A stretch of 64,000 nt of DNA, taken from positions 14,675-78,674 of the forward strand of contig CAZBGC010000008.1 of assembly GCA_964491205.1 (NCBI GenBank), given 5' to 3'. The notes beneath the pieces were generated by a model that was given only the letters and a program-made list of their open reading frames with translations, was not told where the DNA came from and made no database searches. Source of the DNA: an uncultured Pirellulaceae bacterium. Lineage in GTDB: Bacteria > Planctomycetota > Planctomycetia > Pirellulales > Pirellulaceae. The translations under genes and the position numbers were made by a program. Of the stretch, positions 1 to 10,019 are shown one piece after another; within the stretch, counting starts at the first letter, position 1, and every line of letters begins with the position of its first letter.

Positions 1-1444
1 ACTGCGGCATTCGTCCCGAGGGTCGAACCGAGAGCGGATTTTTGATGAAAGTTTCCAAACTCGTTCGGCTGTACTTCTTTTCGATTCCGGCCAGCGGAAC
101 CGATGTGGCCGAATTCACCTTCTTTCCGTTGCGTGGCATGTGACAAGCGACACAGCCAGATTCGTGAAAAAGTTCTTCACCTTTCTTCGCATCGCCTGTC
201 TTATCGTCCAAGTCAACGACGTCACCTCCGACCAGAAAATGCGCCAAAGCAATCGCAGTCTCGCGGCGTTGGGCATCATTCATGGCTCCTAGAACATCGG
301 GCATTGTCGTGCCCGGTTTGACAGCGTGGGGCTGCGCGATGAATTCGGTGATCCAATCCGGATAGGCACGAGTGCCGACATCATTCAAGTTGGGCGCGGA
401 TTTCGTGTCGATCAAACTGACCAGCTTGTCGTCGATCTCATGGCAAGAGACGCAGTTCAGTTCACCAATGAGCAAACGCCCGCCCGCAGCTGCATCGCTA
501 CCACTGGCATGAAAACGCTCGAACCCAGGAACAATCGGACGCAGTGCTTCGGCCTCTAAATCTCGAGGCATGACCCAGATATTGCGAAAGCGAACCGGAT
601 TGCCATGGTCTTGCAAGAAGATCGGCCCTTCACTGGGGCCTTCTTTGTTCGGCGCGGCGCGTGTGACGTTGGGCAGTGGGACATCTCTTTGAACAACCAC
701 GCCATTTAGTTTCACAGTCACAGTCGCGTTGGTTGTTTTCTTCCCTGCGTCGTCGTATCGCGCTGCAGTAAAGTCAATGTCGTAGGTTTGCCACACCAGC
801 GGCGGCAGGCACATGTTTACGTCAGGATCCCTGATGGTGTAGATGCCACCCGTTTCGTCGGACTTGCCTTCCATGCCAAAGGAATCCAGCACTTGAGTCT
901 CAAAACGTCCTTGGTGATAAACACCGCTGTTGCCTCTGGCTTGCCCACGAGCCGCTGGCATAAATGGAGTGCGAAACTCTAGGTGAAGCGAGTAGTCACG
1001 AAATGTATCGATGCTAGTACAGCCCTGCATCAGCAGTCCATTCTCGGAAAGCTTTGCCCCTTTTTTCCAATGATCGTCCACGCACTGCTGCGTCCCATCG
1101 AAAAGCACGACAGATCCGCTGGGCGGCTTGGCTCCCAGCGTGGGGCTTTTGCGATCAACTCGATCGAAGTTGGATAGCAGTGCTTCGACAGCATCGGCAT
1201 CCACTTCGATTGTTTTCTTATCCTTGCCATTCCAGCCAGCCCCCGGCAGTCCATCGGTGTACGTCACCACTTGAAACTCTCCGTCGCCCAACGCAACCAC
1301 TTGAAGACCTCGCGTCGAATCAACGTATTCACCTTGAAGCAGGAAATCAGGGTCTTGCTTGGCTTTCTCGGGAGTCTCGTAAACTTGAGCAGCCAAAGGT
1401 AGTTGGTAGGCCAGCGTGAACAACGCCAGAAGAGCGAGTCGCAT
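1..1444 (-). CDS. Exported DUF1080 (3-keto-disaccharide hydrolase-like) domain fused to a two-heme c-type cytochrome region (PVC-type heme-binding protein). The 3' end lies outside the window.
   Basis: This gene is missing from the ORF track because it runs off the window edge. I translated the minus strand by hand from the ATG at 1444-1442 and got 481 codons with no stop. It starts with a signal peptide (MRLALLALFTLAYQLPLAAQ). A DUF1080-type core follows (FRDYSLHLEFR, GNSGVYHQGRFETQVLDSF, PIFLQDHGNPVRFRNIWV). Two heme-c motifs then appear: CVSCH (440-454) and CVACH (140-154), together with KPGTTMP. Confidence 0.8.
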   Translation of the reverse strand, partial: MRLALLALFTLAYQLPLAAQVYETPEKAKQDPDFLLQGEYVDSTRGLQVVALGDGEFQVVTYTDGLPGAGWNGKDKKTIEVDADAVEALLSNFDRVDRKSPTLGAKPPSGSVVLFDGTQQCVDDHWKKGAKLSENGLLMQGCTSIDTFRDYSLHLEFRTPFMPAARGQARGNSGVYHQGRFETQVLDSFGMEGKSDETGGIYTIRDPDVNMCLPPLVWQTYDIDFTAARYDDAGKKTTNATVTVKLNGVVVQRDVPLPNVTRAAPNKEGPSEGPIFLQDHGNPVRFRNIWVMPRDLEAEALRPIVPGFERFHASGSDAAAGGRLLIGELNCVSCHEIDDKLVSLIDTKSAPNLNDVGTRAYPDWITEFIAQPHAVKPGTTMPDVLGAMNDAQRRETAIALAHFLVGGDVVDLDDKTGDAKKGEELFHESGCVACHMPRNGKKVNSATSVPLAGIEKKYSRTSLETFIKNPLSVRPSGRMPQ

Positions 1445-1638
1445 AGTGGAAACAGCTTCATGGAGGGATTCGGAATTGCGGGCATCAGTATGATTCAAAC
1501 CCGATTCAATTGCATCCTGTGGATAAGGCAAGACCACAAAGAACGCCGGACGTGCGCCAAATCGCCTACAATGAAAATGCCTAAGTTCGCTGTCGATCAA
1601 CAACGTCCGGGCTCGTTCACTCTTGCAGGGTTTTCTCG

Positions 1639-2649
1639 ATGCCGTCTCGCTCCTCCCGTCGCGCAACGATGTGCCGCTCGTCCGCTTTCTGCATCGCTGT
1701 TCTTTATCTCTTACCACAAGCTGCCTCAGCCCAGTTGGCTGAAACATCGCAAGTCAAATTGTCCAAACAAGCTGACAAAATCGTCGTCACGATCGACGGC
1801 GAACCCTTCACGCAGTATGTGTTCAGCGGCCATGCCAAACCGATCCTGTATCCCGTCATCGGGCCCAACGGGATTCCCATGACGCGTAATTATCCCATGC
1901 AGAAAGACATCGATAATGAAGCAAGCGATCACCCGCATCACAAGTCACTTTGGTACACCCACGACGATGTCAATGGAGTGAAATTTTGGGTCGAGTACGA
2001 CAAACAGAACGAGGCCGTCTTTGGAAATATCGTTCAACGGGAATGCAGAGTCGAAGGCGACACGCTGTACACCGACAACGAGTGGCGAGCGCCAGACGGT
2101 TCAGTCGTTTGCAGTGACTCGAGAAAAATTTGCTTTGGAGCGGATGATTCATCTCGGCACATTGACTTCGCCATTACGCTTCGGGCCACCCATGGCGACG
2201 CTGTTTTTGGTGACACCAAAGAAGGTTCGATGGGAATCCGCACGAACCCAATTTTGCGTCTCGAGACTGACGCGAAGCGAGGCAATCACACTGCCAAAGG
2301 CCACGCCATAAACAGTGAAGGCGTCGAAGGAAAAGAAATCTGGGGCAAGCGTGCCAAGTGGGTCGATTACTGGGCACCGATCCAAGATCAAACGGTTGGC
2401 ATTGCAATCATGGACCACCCCACCAATCCGAGGCATCCAACTTGGTGGCATGCGAGACCTTATGGATTGATCGCCGCGAATCCATTCGGCATTCATGATT
2501 TTGAGAAGAAACCAGCAGGCACTGGTGATTTGAAAATCGAAAATGGCGGGTCAAAGACCTTTCGCTATCGGTTCGTTTTCCACCAAGGTGACGCGAACGA
2601 AGCGAAGATCGCAGAGATGTATTCACGATTTGCCAGCGAGTCTCTTTAG
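1639..2649 (+). CDS. PmoA-family (DUF6807) protein, probably exported
   Basis: 336-aa ORF with a hydrophobic N-terminus (AFCIAVLYLLPQAASAQ). The family hallmark is present: KPILYPVIGPNG...SDHPHHKSLWYTHDDVNGVKFW. The true start may be the ATG at 1669. Confidence 0.7.
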   Translation: MPSRSSRRATMCRSSAFCIAVLYLLPQAASAQLAETSQVKLSKQADKIVVTIDGEPFTQYVFSGHAKPILYPVIGPNGIPMTRNYPMQKDIDNEASDHPHHKSLWYTHDDVNGVKFWVEYDKQNEAVFGNIVQRECRVEGDTLYTDNEWRAPDGSVVCSDSRKICFGADDSSRHIDFAITLRATHGDAVFGDTKEGSMGIRTNPILRLETDAKRGNHTAKGHAINSEGVEGKEIWGKRAKWVDYWAPIQDQTVGIAIMDHPTNPRHPTWWHARPYGLIAANPFGIHDFEKKPAGTGDLKIENGGSKTFRYRFVFHQGDANEAKIAEMYSRFASESL

Positions 2650-2712
2650 TTTGGTAGATCCGTGCCCAGTCCACCTCGGTGAAACCCATCCATCGGTGCA
2701 ACGTCCTTCGTC

Positions 2713-3798
2713 ATGCATTTTTCCCACGTATCCAACCTTGATTCGGTCGAATCTCCAGCGCTACTGGTGGACGTAGATCGCGTCCAAACCAATATCGACC
2801 GAATGATTTCGATCGTCGGTGGGGAGACTGCTCGCCTGCGGCCACACCTGAAAACGCACAAGATGTCTAACATCGTCGCGATGCAGGTCGCTTCAGGAAT
2901 CACGCAGTTCAAAGCTGCGACATTGACTGAAGCCGAGATGGCTGCTTCGGCCGGTGCAAAGGATGTCATTGTCTCGCATCAGTTGATCGGTCCGAAAATT
3001 CCGAAACTGCACCAACTTGCATCGCGATACGGCGACGTTTCATTCGCGGCCCTCGTCGATGATGCTTCCGTTGTCGTGCAAACCGCAAACGCATGCTCGT
3101 CCCTCGCTAAACCATTGCGACTGTTTGTCGATATCGATTGCGGAATGCATCGGACTGGAATTCCGCTTGGCAAGTCCTGCCAAGAACTGATTGATCGCAT
3201 CGCAGAAACGAAAGACGTGCAATTTGCGGGACTACACGTCTACGACGGTCATTTACACCAGCGTTCGTTAGAGCAACGTCGCTGTGCTGTGTTGAAAATC
3301 ATCGACGAAGTAAAGCGATTTCTTTCCGACTATCCACGATGCGAAGTGATCGCGGGCGGATCACCAACGTTTGCTATTTGGGCGCAGGAAACCAATTGGC
3401 AATGTAGTCCAGGCACCACGATATTCTGGGATGTTGGATATGGAACGAACTATCCTGATTTGAACTTTGACATCGCGGCAGTGTTGTTGGCCCGCGTGAT
3501 CAGCAAACCCGGAAGTGATCTTGTTTGCTTAGACACTGGCTACAAAGCGATGGCCGCCGAGATGCCTCTGCAGCAACGTGTCGTATTTCCTGAAATCGCT
3601 GACGCGGTGCCTGTAAACCAGAGTGAAGAGCATCTGGTCATTCGCACGTCACACGCAGATCAAATTTCTGTAGGCGACGCATTTATTGCGTTTCCAAAAC
3701 ACATTTGCCCAACCGTCGCCAAGTATGCTGCTGCCTATATCGTGCGTGGTGGACAGGCAACGGGTGAAGTTTGGCCCATCACCGCGCGAACTCGATAA
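2713..3798 (+). CDS. DSD1-type PLP enzyme (D-serine deaminase / D-threonine aldolase-like, alanine-racemase N-terminal fold)
   Basis: 361 aa. It has PALLVDVDRV...RLRPHLKTHK, the PLP-lysine motif of this group. The C-terminal part reads SEEHLVI...GDAFIAFPKHICPT. Confidence 0.7.
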   Translation: MHFSHVSNLDSVESPALLVDVDRVQTNIDRMISIVGGETARLRPHLKTHKMSNIVAMQVASGITQFKAATLTEAEMAASAGAKDVIVSHQLIGPKIPKLHQLASRYGDVSFAALVDDASVVVQTANACSSLAKPLRLFVDIDCGMHRTGIPLGKSCQELIDRIAETKDVQFAGLHVYDGHLHQRSLEQRRCAVLKIIDEVKRFLSDYPRCEVIAGGSPTFAIWAQETNWQCSPGTTIFWDVGYGTNYPDLNFDIAAVLLARVISKPGSDLVCLDTGYKAMAAEMPLQQRVVFPEIADAVPVNQSEEHLVIRTSHADQISVGDAFIAFPKHICPTVAKYAAAYIVRGGQATGEVWPITARTR

Positions 3799-3833
3799 GC
3801 TCCTTCCCATCTCAATTTCCTGAGTGCTTTACG

Positions 3834-5348
3834 ATGAACGTTTATCGCTTGTTTTTGCTAACTTGGATCGCATGCGTCCCCTGCTGGTCCTTCAGCAGCG
3901 AGCTTCCCAATGTGATTATTGTCTTGGCGGACGATCTGGGCATTGGAGATGTCAGCCCAACCAATCCTGATTGCAAAATCAAAACTCCCAACCTGCAGCG
4001 GATGGCCAATCAGGGCTTGACGTTCACGGACGCACATACACCCAGTAGTGTTTGCACTCCGACGCGGTATGGATTGCTAACCGGTCGTTACAATTGGCGA
4101 TCGCGACTGGCAAAGGGTGTGCTAAGCGGCACGAGCTCTCATTTGATCCCCGCCGAACGCCCGACGCTTGGGCACTTGCTGCAAGGTGCTGGCTATCACA
4201 CTGCGATGATTGGCAAATGGCACTTGGGCTGGGATTGGCACAAAGCGAAGAAAGGTGAGATCGATTTCACGATGCCAGTCAAAAACGGCCCGGATATCAA
4301 CGGATTTGATTCGTACTACGCCCATTGTGGATCGCTCGATATGCCGCCTTACGTTTGGGTTGATACGGGGACCGTCACTGCCCCACCCGACCGTACCGAG
4401 GGAGTCACCAGGGATCAGGATCCCTATGGCTGGTACCGCAAGGGGCCAATAGGAAGTGACTTCAAGATCGATGAAGTGCTGCCGCATCTATTTGGCAAAT
4501 CAATTCAACACATCGAGACGCGAAGCAAGCTTGCCCAGTCGTCCTCGGAGTCGGGGAAACCCTTTTTCCTCTATCTCGCGCTACCTGCGCCTCATACACC
4601 GATCGTTCCAGTGCCACCGTTTAAGGGTGCCAGCGGAATCAATCCTTATGCCGATTTCGTGATGCAGGTGGACCATCACATGGGTGAGTTGTTTGATGCG
4701 ATCAAAAAGGCAGGTATCGATGACAACACGCTGGTGGTGTTTACTAGTGACAATGGTTGTTCGCCGCAAGGCAATTTTGAAGTTCTTGCCGAGCATGACC
4801 ATGATCCAAGCGCCGGTTACCGTGGTCACAAAGCAGACATCTACGAAGGTGGACACCGAGTTCCAATGCTGGTGCGCTGGCCTGATCGAATCGAGGGTGG
4901 ACGAACGACCGGTGCGCTCGCCTGTTTAACGGACATCTACTCCACGCTTCGGCAGATTATCGACAAACCGCAAGATGCAACTGGCGGCGAAGACGGCTAC
5001 AGTTTGATCAGCGTGTTCAATGGTGCAGACGTCACCGAACGCGAAACACTGATTAGTCACAGCATTGGTGGATCGTTTTCGATTCGCCGCGGAGCATGGA
5101 AACTGTGTTTGTGCGCGGGAAGCGGTGGCTGGAGTAATCCACGTGAACCTGCCGCGAAAAAGCAAGGACTGCCGAAGATGCAGTTGTACAACTTGGAGAC
5201 CGATCAGTCCGAGCAGACGAATCTTGTCGATAAACATCCTGAGCAGGTAGAGGAATTGCTCGCTCTGCTAGAAAAAGAGGTCAGCCAAGGACGCTGCACA
5301 CCTGGTGAACCAGTCGCAAACGATCGCGAGATCCGCTTTTTCCCCTAA
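3834..5348 (+). CDS. Arylsulfatase (type I, formylglycine-dependent)
   Basis: The ORF track gives 3771-5348. The in-frame ATG at 3834 produces a signal peptide (MNVYRLFLLTWIACVPCWSF). Sulfatase motifs are PNVIIVLADDLG, CTPTRYGLLTGR (C-x-P-x-R), GKWHLG and FTSDNG. Confidence 0.9.
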   Translation: MNVYRLFLLTWIACVPCWSFSSELPNVIIVLADDLGIGDVSPTNPDCKIKTPNLQRMANQGLTFTDAHTPSSVCTPTRYGLLTGRYNWRSRLAKGVLSGTSSHLIPAERPTLGHLLQGAGYHTAMIGKWHLGWDWHKAKKGEIDFTMPVKNGPDINGFDSYYAHCGSLDMPPYVWVDTGTVTAPPDRTEGVTRDQDPYGWYRKGPIGSDFKIDEVLPHLFGKSIQHIETRSKLAQSSSESGKPFFLYLALPAPHTPIVPVPPFKGASGINPYADFVMQVDHHMGELFDAIKKAGIDDNTLVVFTSDNGCSPQGNFEVLAEHDHDPSAGYRGHKADIYEGGHRVPMLVRWPDRIEGGRTTGALACLTDIYSTLRQIIDKPQDATGGEDGYSLISVFNGADVTERETLISHSIGGSFSIRRGAWKLCLCAGSGGWSNPREPAAKKQGLPKMQLYNLETDQSEQTNLVDKHPEQVEELLALLEKEVSQGRCTPGEPVANDREIRFFP

Positions 5349-5401
5349 CATACCTTGAGCCGCTATCCACTCCGATTCCCCCCTCATTCAAGCTCACTTT
5401 G

Positions 5402-6844
5402 ATGAATAGATTCTTCGCCTTAACGATGACGTGCTTTCTTGCTACCGCTCCTTTAGTAGCACAAAGCAAAAAGGCTGATCCGAACATCGATGCCGGAGCA
5501 GCGGTGCAGGCACGTTTGCAATCCGTGCAATCTTGGGTCGATCTGTTCAACGGAAGCGATCTCGACGGCTGGACAGGTGACTTAGAGGGCTACTCTGCCG
5601 AAGACGGAAAGCTCGTCTGTGCGAAAGGCGGCAAAAACTTGATTTCTGCCAACGCCTACACTGACTTCGTCTTTAAATTTGAATTCAAGCTAGAAGAAAG
5701 CGGCAACAGCGGCATCGGCATCCGTGTTCCTGTAGACGGGCACCCGGCCAAAGACGGGATGGAAATTCAAATCCTTGATCATCACGGCAGCCGCTACAGC
5801 GGAACCGCCCAGATGGCCAATGGAAAGCCAAGGAAAATGAGTTGGCTGAAGCCCTGGCAATATCATGGTTCTATCTACGGCATCGTTCCGGCAAAGACCG
5901 GATACCTGAAGCCAGCTGGGCAGTGGAACCGTGAAACAATCATCGCCATCGAAGATCACATCACCGTGGTCCTGAACGGAGCCGTGATTGTCGATGCCTT
6001 TCTGGATGAAACCACCCCCGTCGATGGTGGCTCGCATCCCGGAATGAAACGCAAGGTGGGGCATATTATGCTGGCCGGCCATAGCGATCGCGTTGAGTTT
6101 CGCGAGCTGCGTGTGGCTGATTTTTCAAAGCCAGGACCACTTCCAACCTCAGATGCCGACAATACGCCGCCGCCGGGATTCGTTTCACTTTTCAACGGCG
6201 AAGACTTGAGTCATTGGAAGGGTTTGACGCACAAGAATGCGAATGAACGTCGAAAGTTGGACGGCGACTCGCTTCAGAAAGCCCAATCCATCGCAGACGA
6301 GAACATGCGCGAGCACTGGAAAGCCGTTGACGGTGTGCTGACGTATGACGGAAAAGGGCAAAGTCTTTGCACTGCCAAAGATTACGGTGACTTTGAAATG
6401 TACATTGACTGGAAGATTCCTGAGGGGGCTGACTCAGGAATCTATTTGCGTGGTACGCCACAAATCCAAATCTGGGATCCTTGGAACGTACAAAAGTTCA
6501 AAGATCGACCAGCGCCTACCAGTTCGGACGAGTTCCTGACTTACTACAAGAATGGACAGAACTTGGGTAGTGGCGGGCTTTGGAATAACAAACGCTGGCG
6601 AAATTCACCGACAACACTGGCCGACAAACCCGCTGGTCAATGGAATACGTTTTTCATTCGCATGGTCGGCGACAAAGTTTCGATTTGGTTGAACAAAAAG
6701 CAAATTGTCAATCGCGTCAAGCTGGAGAACTACTGGGACAAGACAGGTGTGACTCCTATTCCGCGCGCCGACCAAATTGAGCTACAACATCATGGCAGCG
6801 AGTTGTATTTCAAAAACATCTACATCCGCGAATTGCCGTACTAA
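5402..6844 (+). CDS. Exported protein with two tandem DUF1080 (3-keto-disaccharide hydrolase-like) domains
   Basis: The track ORF starts at a TTG at 5399; an ATG follows at 5402. A signal peptide is present. The domain entry motif occurs twice (WVDLFNGSDLDGWTG and FVSLFNGEDLSHWKG). Each copy has a characteristic end (VEFRELRV; LYFKNIYIRELP). Confidence 0.8.
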   Translation: MNRFFALTMTCFLATAPLVAQSKKADPNIDAGAAVQARLQSVQSWVDLFNGSDLDGWTGDLEGYSAEDGKLVCAKGGKNLISANAYTDFVFKFEFKLEESGNSGIGIRVPVDGHPAKDGMEIQILDHHGSRYSGTAQMANGKPRKMSWLKPWQYHGSIYGIVPAKTGYLKPAGQWNRETIIAIEDHITVVLNGAVIVDAFLDETTPVDGGSHPGMKRKVGHIMLAGHSDRVEFRELRVADFSKPGPLPTSDADNTPPPGFVSLFNGEDLSHWKGLTHKNANERRKLDGDSLQKAQSIADENMREHWKAVDGVLTYDGKGQSLCTAKDYGDFEMYIDWKIPEGADSGIYLRGTPQIQIWDPWNVQKFKDRPAPTSSDEFLTYYKNGQNLGSGGLWNNKRWRNSPTTLADKPAGQWNTFFIRMVGDKVSIWLNKKQIVNRVKLENYWDKTGVTPIPRADQIELQHHGSELYFKNIYIRELPY

Positions 6845-6862
6845 TCGATTTTTTCACGACGC

Positions 6863-8341
6863 CTATCGCTGGGGAACTTTACGTTTGTTATCAAACTGAA
6901 GTTGTTTAAGACCTGTGGGTGGGCGTTGGGCATCCTTGATTCGCTGACGAAGCAGATCAGAAAGTTGCTTAACGATTGCGGCATTTTCCGGAGCGTCAGC
7001 GATGTTGTTCATCTCCATCGGGTCAGTTCGTTGATCATAGAGCTCACGTCCCGCTGAACCTTTTTCGCCCCACTGGGTGAATCGGTAGTCTTTGGTACGA
7101 ACACTGTAGCCCTGGTCGTACTGCGTGAAGGCCGACGTGCGAACAATCTCTTGCGGATCTTTCAGCGCCGGCACGAGGCTCTTGCCGGCCAGAAACGCGG
7201 GTTTTTCCAGACCCGTCAAATCTGCCAGCGTCGGGTAAAAGTCGATCATCTCGGCAAATGTCGCAGCAGACTCGCCCTTTGCAATTCCGGGACCAGCGAT
7301 AATAAGCGGGACGTTTGTCGCATTGTTGAACAGTGTTGTTTTCTGGTAGTGACCATGTTCACCCATGTGATATCCGTGGTCGGACGTGAAAACAACGATC
7401 GTATTGTCGGCCAGTCCTTGCTGATTCAACGCATCCAGAATTCGGCCTAACTGAGCATCTGCGAATGTGATGGAAGCGTAGTAGGCCTGGATCGTTTTTC
7501 TGGCTAGTTCGTTGGGCAGGTTCAGCTGCGACTTCCTGCGCGTAATTGATTTTCGTGCTGGCGAGGGAAGCGTATCCAGGTACCCATCGGGTACTTTGGG
7601 CACGTTGATCGAATCAAGCGGATAGAGATCGAAGTACGTCTTGGGAGCGACGTAGGGCGTGTGCGGTCGATAGAGGCCGACGGCAAGAAAAAAGCTCTGA
7701 TTGTCTTCAGCGCTTTTCTTTAACACCTTGATTGCTTCGGTAGCCGCGATGCCGTCGGTTTGCTCTTCGTCAGTTCCGTCGGCAGCGAGCCAACTAAGCG
7801 AGGCTCCATAGCTACCGGGTGTCACGGAAAAAATCTTGTCTTCGTCTGTTTTGTCACGTCCGCGCGGATTGATTGTGTAGTCCCACGAATACGGATCGTC
7901 ATGACCGCTGGTGCCAACATGCTTAGGCACATTGTAGTGGTACACCTTGCCAATCCGAGTCGCAAAGTAACCCGCATCGCGAAACATTTGCGAGAGTGTA
8001 TTGACGTTCGGCAAGTGTTCACGCAGGTAGATTGCGTTTCGGCGAATCAACGTCTGATCACAATACAAGCCAGTCATGAAGGAAGCTCGACTGGGGCCAC
8101 ACAGCGGATATTGGCAGTGGGTGTTTGGAAAACGAACTCCCCGCGCAGCGAGTGCATCCAGATTGGGCGTTTGAACCTGCGGGTGTCCCCAGGTGCCTAG
8201 GTCGCAGTTCAGGTCATCACATACCAAGAAAAGAACGTTGGGTTGCGCTGCGTTTGATTGAGTGGTCCAAGTCAGCAGGCTTGCCAGCAAGGTGATACCC
8301 AAGACAAATTTTCTGCTGTCACTCGGTCGGATGAAAAGCAT
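6863..8341 (-). CDS. Sulfatase (iduronate-2-sulfatase-like, formylglycine-dependent)
   Basis: 492 aa with a signal peptide. Motifs are PNVLFLVCDDLN, CGPSRASFMTG (C-x-P-S-R) and FTSDHGYHMGEHG. Confidence 0.9.
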   Translation of the reverse strand: MLFIRPSDSRKFVLGITLLASLLTWTTQSNAAQPNVLFLVCDDLNCDLGTWGHPQVQTPNLDALAARGVRFPNTHCQYPLCGPSRASFMTGLYCDQTLIRRNAIYLREHLPNVNTLSQMFRDAGYFATRIGKVYHYNVPKHVGTSGHDDPYSWDYTINPRGRDKTDEDKIFSVTPGSYGASLSWLAADGTDEEQTDGIAATEAIKVLKKSAEDNQSFFLAVGLYRPHTPYVAPKTYFDLYPLDSINVPKVPDGYLDTLPSPARKSITRRKSQLNLPNELARKTIQAYYASITFADAQLGRILDALNQQGLADNTIVVFTSDHGYHMGEHGHYQKTTLFNNATNVPLIIAGPGIAKGESAATFAEMIDFYPTLADLTGLEKPAFLAGKSLVPALKDPQEIVRTSAFTQYDQGYSVRTKDYRFTQWGEKGSAGRELYDQRTDPMEMNNIADAPENAAIVKQLSDLLRQRIKDAQRPPTGLKQLQFDNKRKVPQR

Positions 8342-8398
8342 GGGCTTAGTCTCAAGAGGCGAAGATGGAGAGTTTGGCCAGCTTAATGTATTCGTCAG

Positions 8399-9796
8399 CT
8401 ACTCACCTAGCCTTTGACAAAAGAGTTCCAACAAACGCTCGCTGCTCGCTTGGTCGAAATGATACGGATCGCAGCGCATTGACACCGTCAATTTTCGACC
8501 ATAGCTGCTCAATGATAACGTGCTGCGAGTGTGTCGCCGCAGTGGGGGTACACCCGAGATCGACTCGAGCGTGAATTCGTCACAACTGACCTTGCCACGC
8601 TTTTTTGGAAGCTTGCAAGTAAATCTTCGCGACGGGTCGCCAGCGTTGGAAACGACAGCGGTGGCCATGCACTTGTGACGATTCATGATCCACGGCAGCA
8701 TCGATCCCTGCATCGCGGTGGTGATCGCGTTTACAAAAGCACGTTGCGGATGCCCCTGCTTTATTTCCATGGTGTCTTCGCGAATTGAATCCAGCAATCT
8801 GGTTTCGTTAGCTATCTGAGCTTGCGTGCGCGTTAAAAATGTGCACGCGGTCATGTTGCATGCGGGCATCTCAAAATCACTTCCATCACGCATGTCAGCT
8901 GGGACCAGCAGACGGAGCTTTCCGCGGCTACGGTAACCACTGTTCCAATCATTGGCCGCTTGAAACATCTTGCACAAATACCAATCGTTTAGCGTTGCGC
9001 CTTTCGAGGTCGCTTCGCCTCGCATTTGAGCAAGTTCGTCAGCCTCGAATTCGTGTTTGACGATGCCCGGGAGCGTTTTGGCTGCCGGAAGTTTCTTGGG
9101 CGATTTCAACGGGGTAACGCGAGTACCCAAATGATGCCAGGCTTCCTTAAGTGCGACCCCCAGTTTTCGAATCGCGCTGTCGCTGACGCGAATACTACGC
9201 ATTTTGGCAGCACGCACTTTCAGCTGAGCCGCGTCAAAGTCGCCCAGCTTCACTTGGCCCTCGCAGCAATCCAACTGTTGCATGTAGAGAGCCAACAAGT
9301 CGCCGACGAAGCGGTAGGCGCCCGTACCGTCGCATGCGCTATGGTGAAATTGCAGTGTGATTTGAGCCGCCCCGGTTGTCTGATGTGCCTTGATGCGCAA
9401 ACCCGGTTCGGTACGAATGTCGATAAAGTCGTCGTAGCACGTGGTCGGCACCTCCGACGCAAGCCAGTTTGCGGGAGTTGCCATTTCCTGCCAAACGATC
9501 TTTGGCTTTTTATCGACGGAGAGTGTCCAGCAAGGCAAATCCTGTTTACCTGGCTGGACAACGCACATCAGCAACGGGTGCCGGAATAGTGCTTGACGAA
9601 CGGCTTTGTCCAGCTTGTCGCGATCAAGTGTTCCACTGAATTGAAGATCCAGATAAAACGACATGGGGTATTCGCGCGAGTCATCGCTCAGAAAGTACCA
9701 ATCAATTGCTGGCACATACATTGGAAACGTGCGGCCATAGTCTGGCGGAGATTCTGCATTGCAATCAACGCTTATCGATTGTTGATGCATTATCAT
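8399..9796 (-). CDS. Stand-alone condensation-domain-like acyltransferase (HHxxxDG superfamily)
   Basis: The track ORF begins at a TTG at 9823; the first ATGs are at 9796 and 9790. The catalytic-type motif HHSACDG lies at 9326-9346. The size (~465 aa) fits a single C / PapA5 / WS-DGAT-type domain. No adenylation, carrier or thioesterase domain is encoded nearby. Confidence 0.6.
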   Translation of the reverse strand: MIMHQQSISVDCNAESPPDYGRTFPMYVPAIDWYFLSDDSREYPMSFYLDLQFSGTLDRDKLDKAVRQALFRHPLLMCVVQPGKQDLPCWTLSVDKKPKIVWQEMATPANWLASEVPTTCYDDFIDIRTEPGLRIKAHQTTGAAQITLQFHHSACDGTGAYRFVGDLLALYMQQLDCCEGQVKLGDFDAAQLKVRAAKMRSIRVSDSAIRKLGVALKEAWHHLGTRVTPLKSPKKLPAAKTLPGIVKHEFEADELAQMRGEATSKGATLNDWYLCKMFQAANDWNSGYRSRGKLRLLVPADMRDGSDFEMPACNMTACTFLTRTQAQIANETRLLDSIREDTMEIKQGHPQRAFVNAITTAMQGSMLPWIMNRHKCMATAVVSNAGDPSRRFTCKLPKKRGKVSCDEFTLESISGVPPLRRHTRSTLSLSSYGRKLTVSMRCDPYHFDQASSERLLELFCQRLGE

Positions 9797-10019
9797 GGTT
9801 GGGAATCTCTCAGAGGAAGTCAATCAGGCAATCGATTGTCTTCGACACCATAGTCACGGTTCCATTGGTGAACAAATTATGTCTACCTTGATCCGTGAAA
9901 AGGACTGAATCAGTCGAGCAACTGTTCAGCTATCCTCGTCAAAGACACCTTGCCAGAAAGGTTTTCTGGCCGAGCGGCCCGCCGTATTGCAGCCCGGATC
10001 GGAGCCAAAACTAGCCGCC

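Noticed and set aside
9026-9589. 187-aa plus-strand ORF and 103-aa minus-strand ORF within the condensation-domain gene
   Set aside because: They sit inside a CDS that carries a clear HHxxxDG motif in another frame. They have no motifs of their own.
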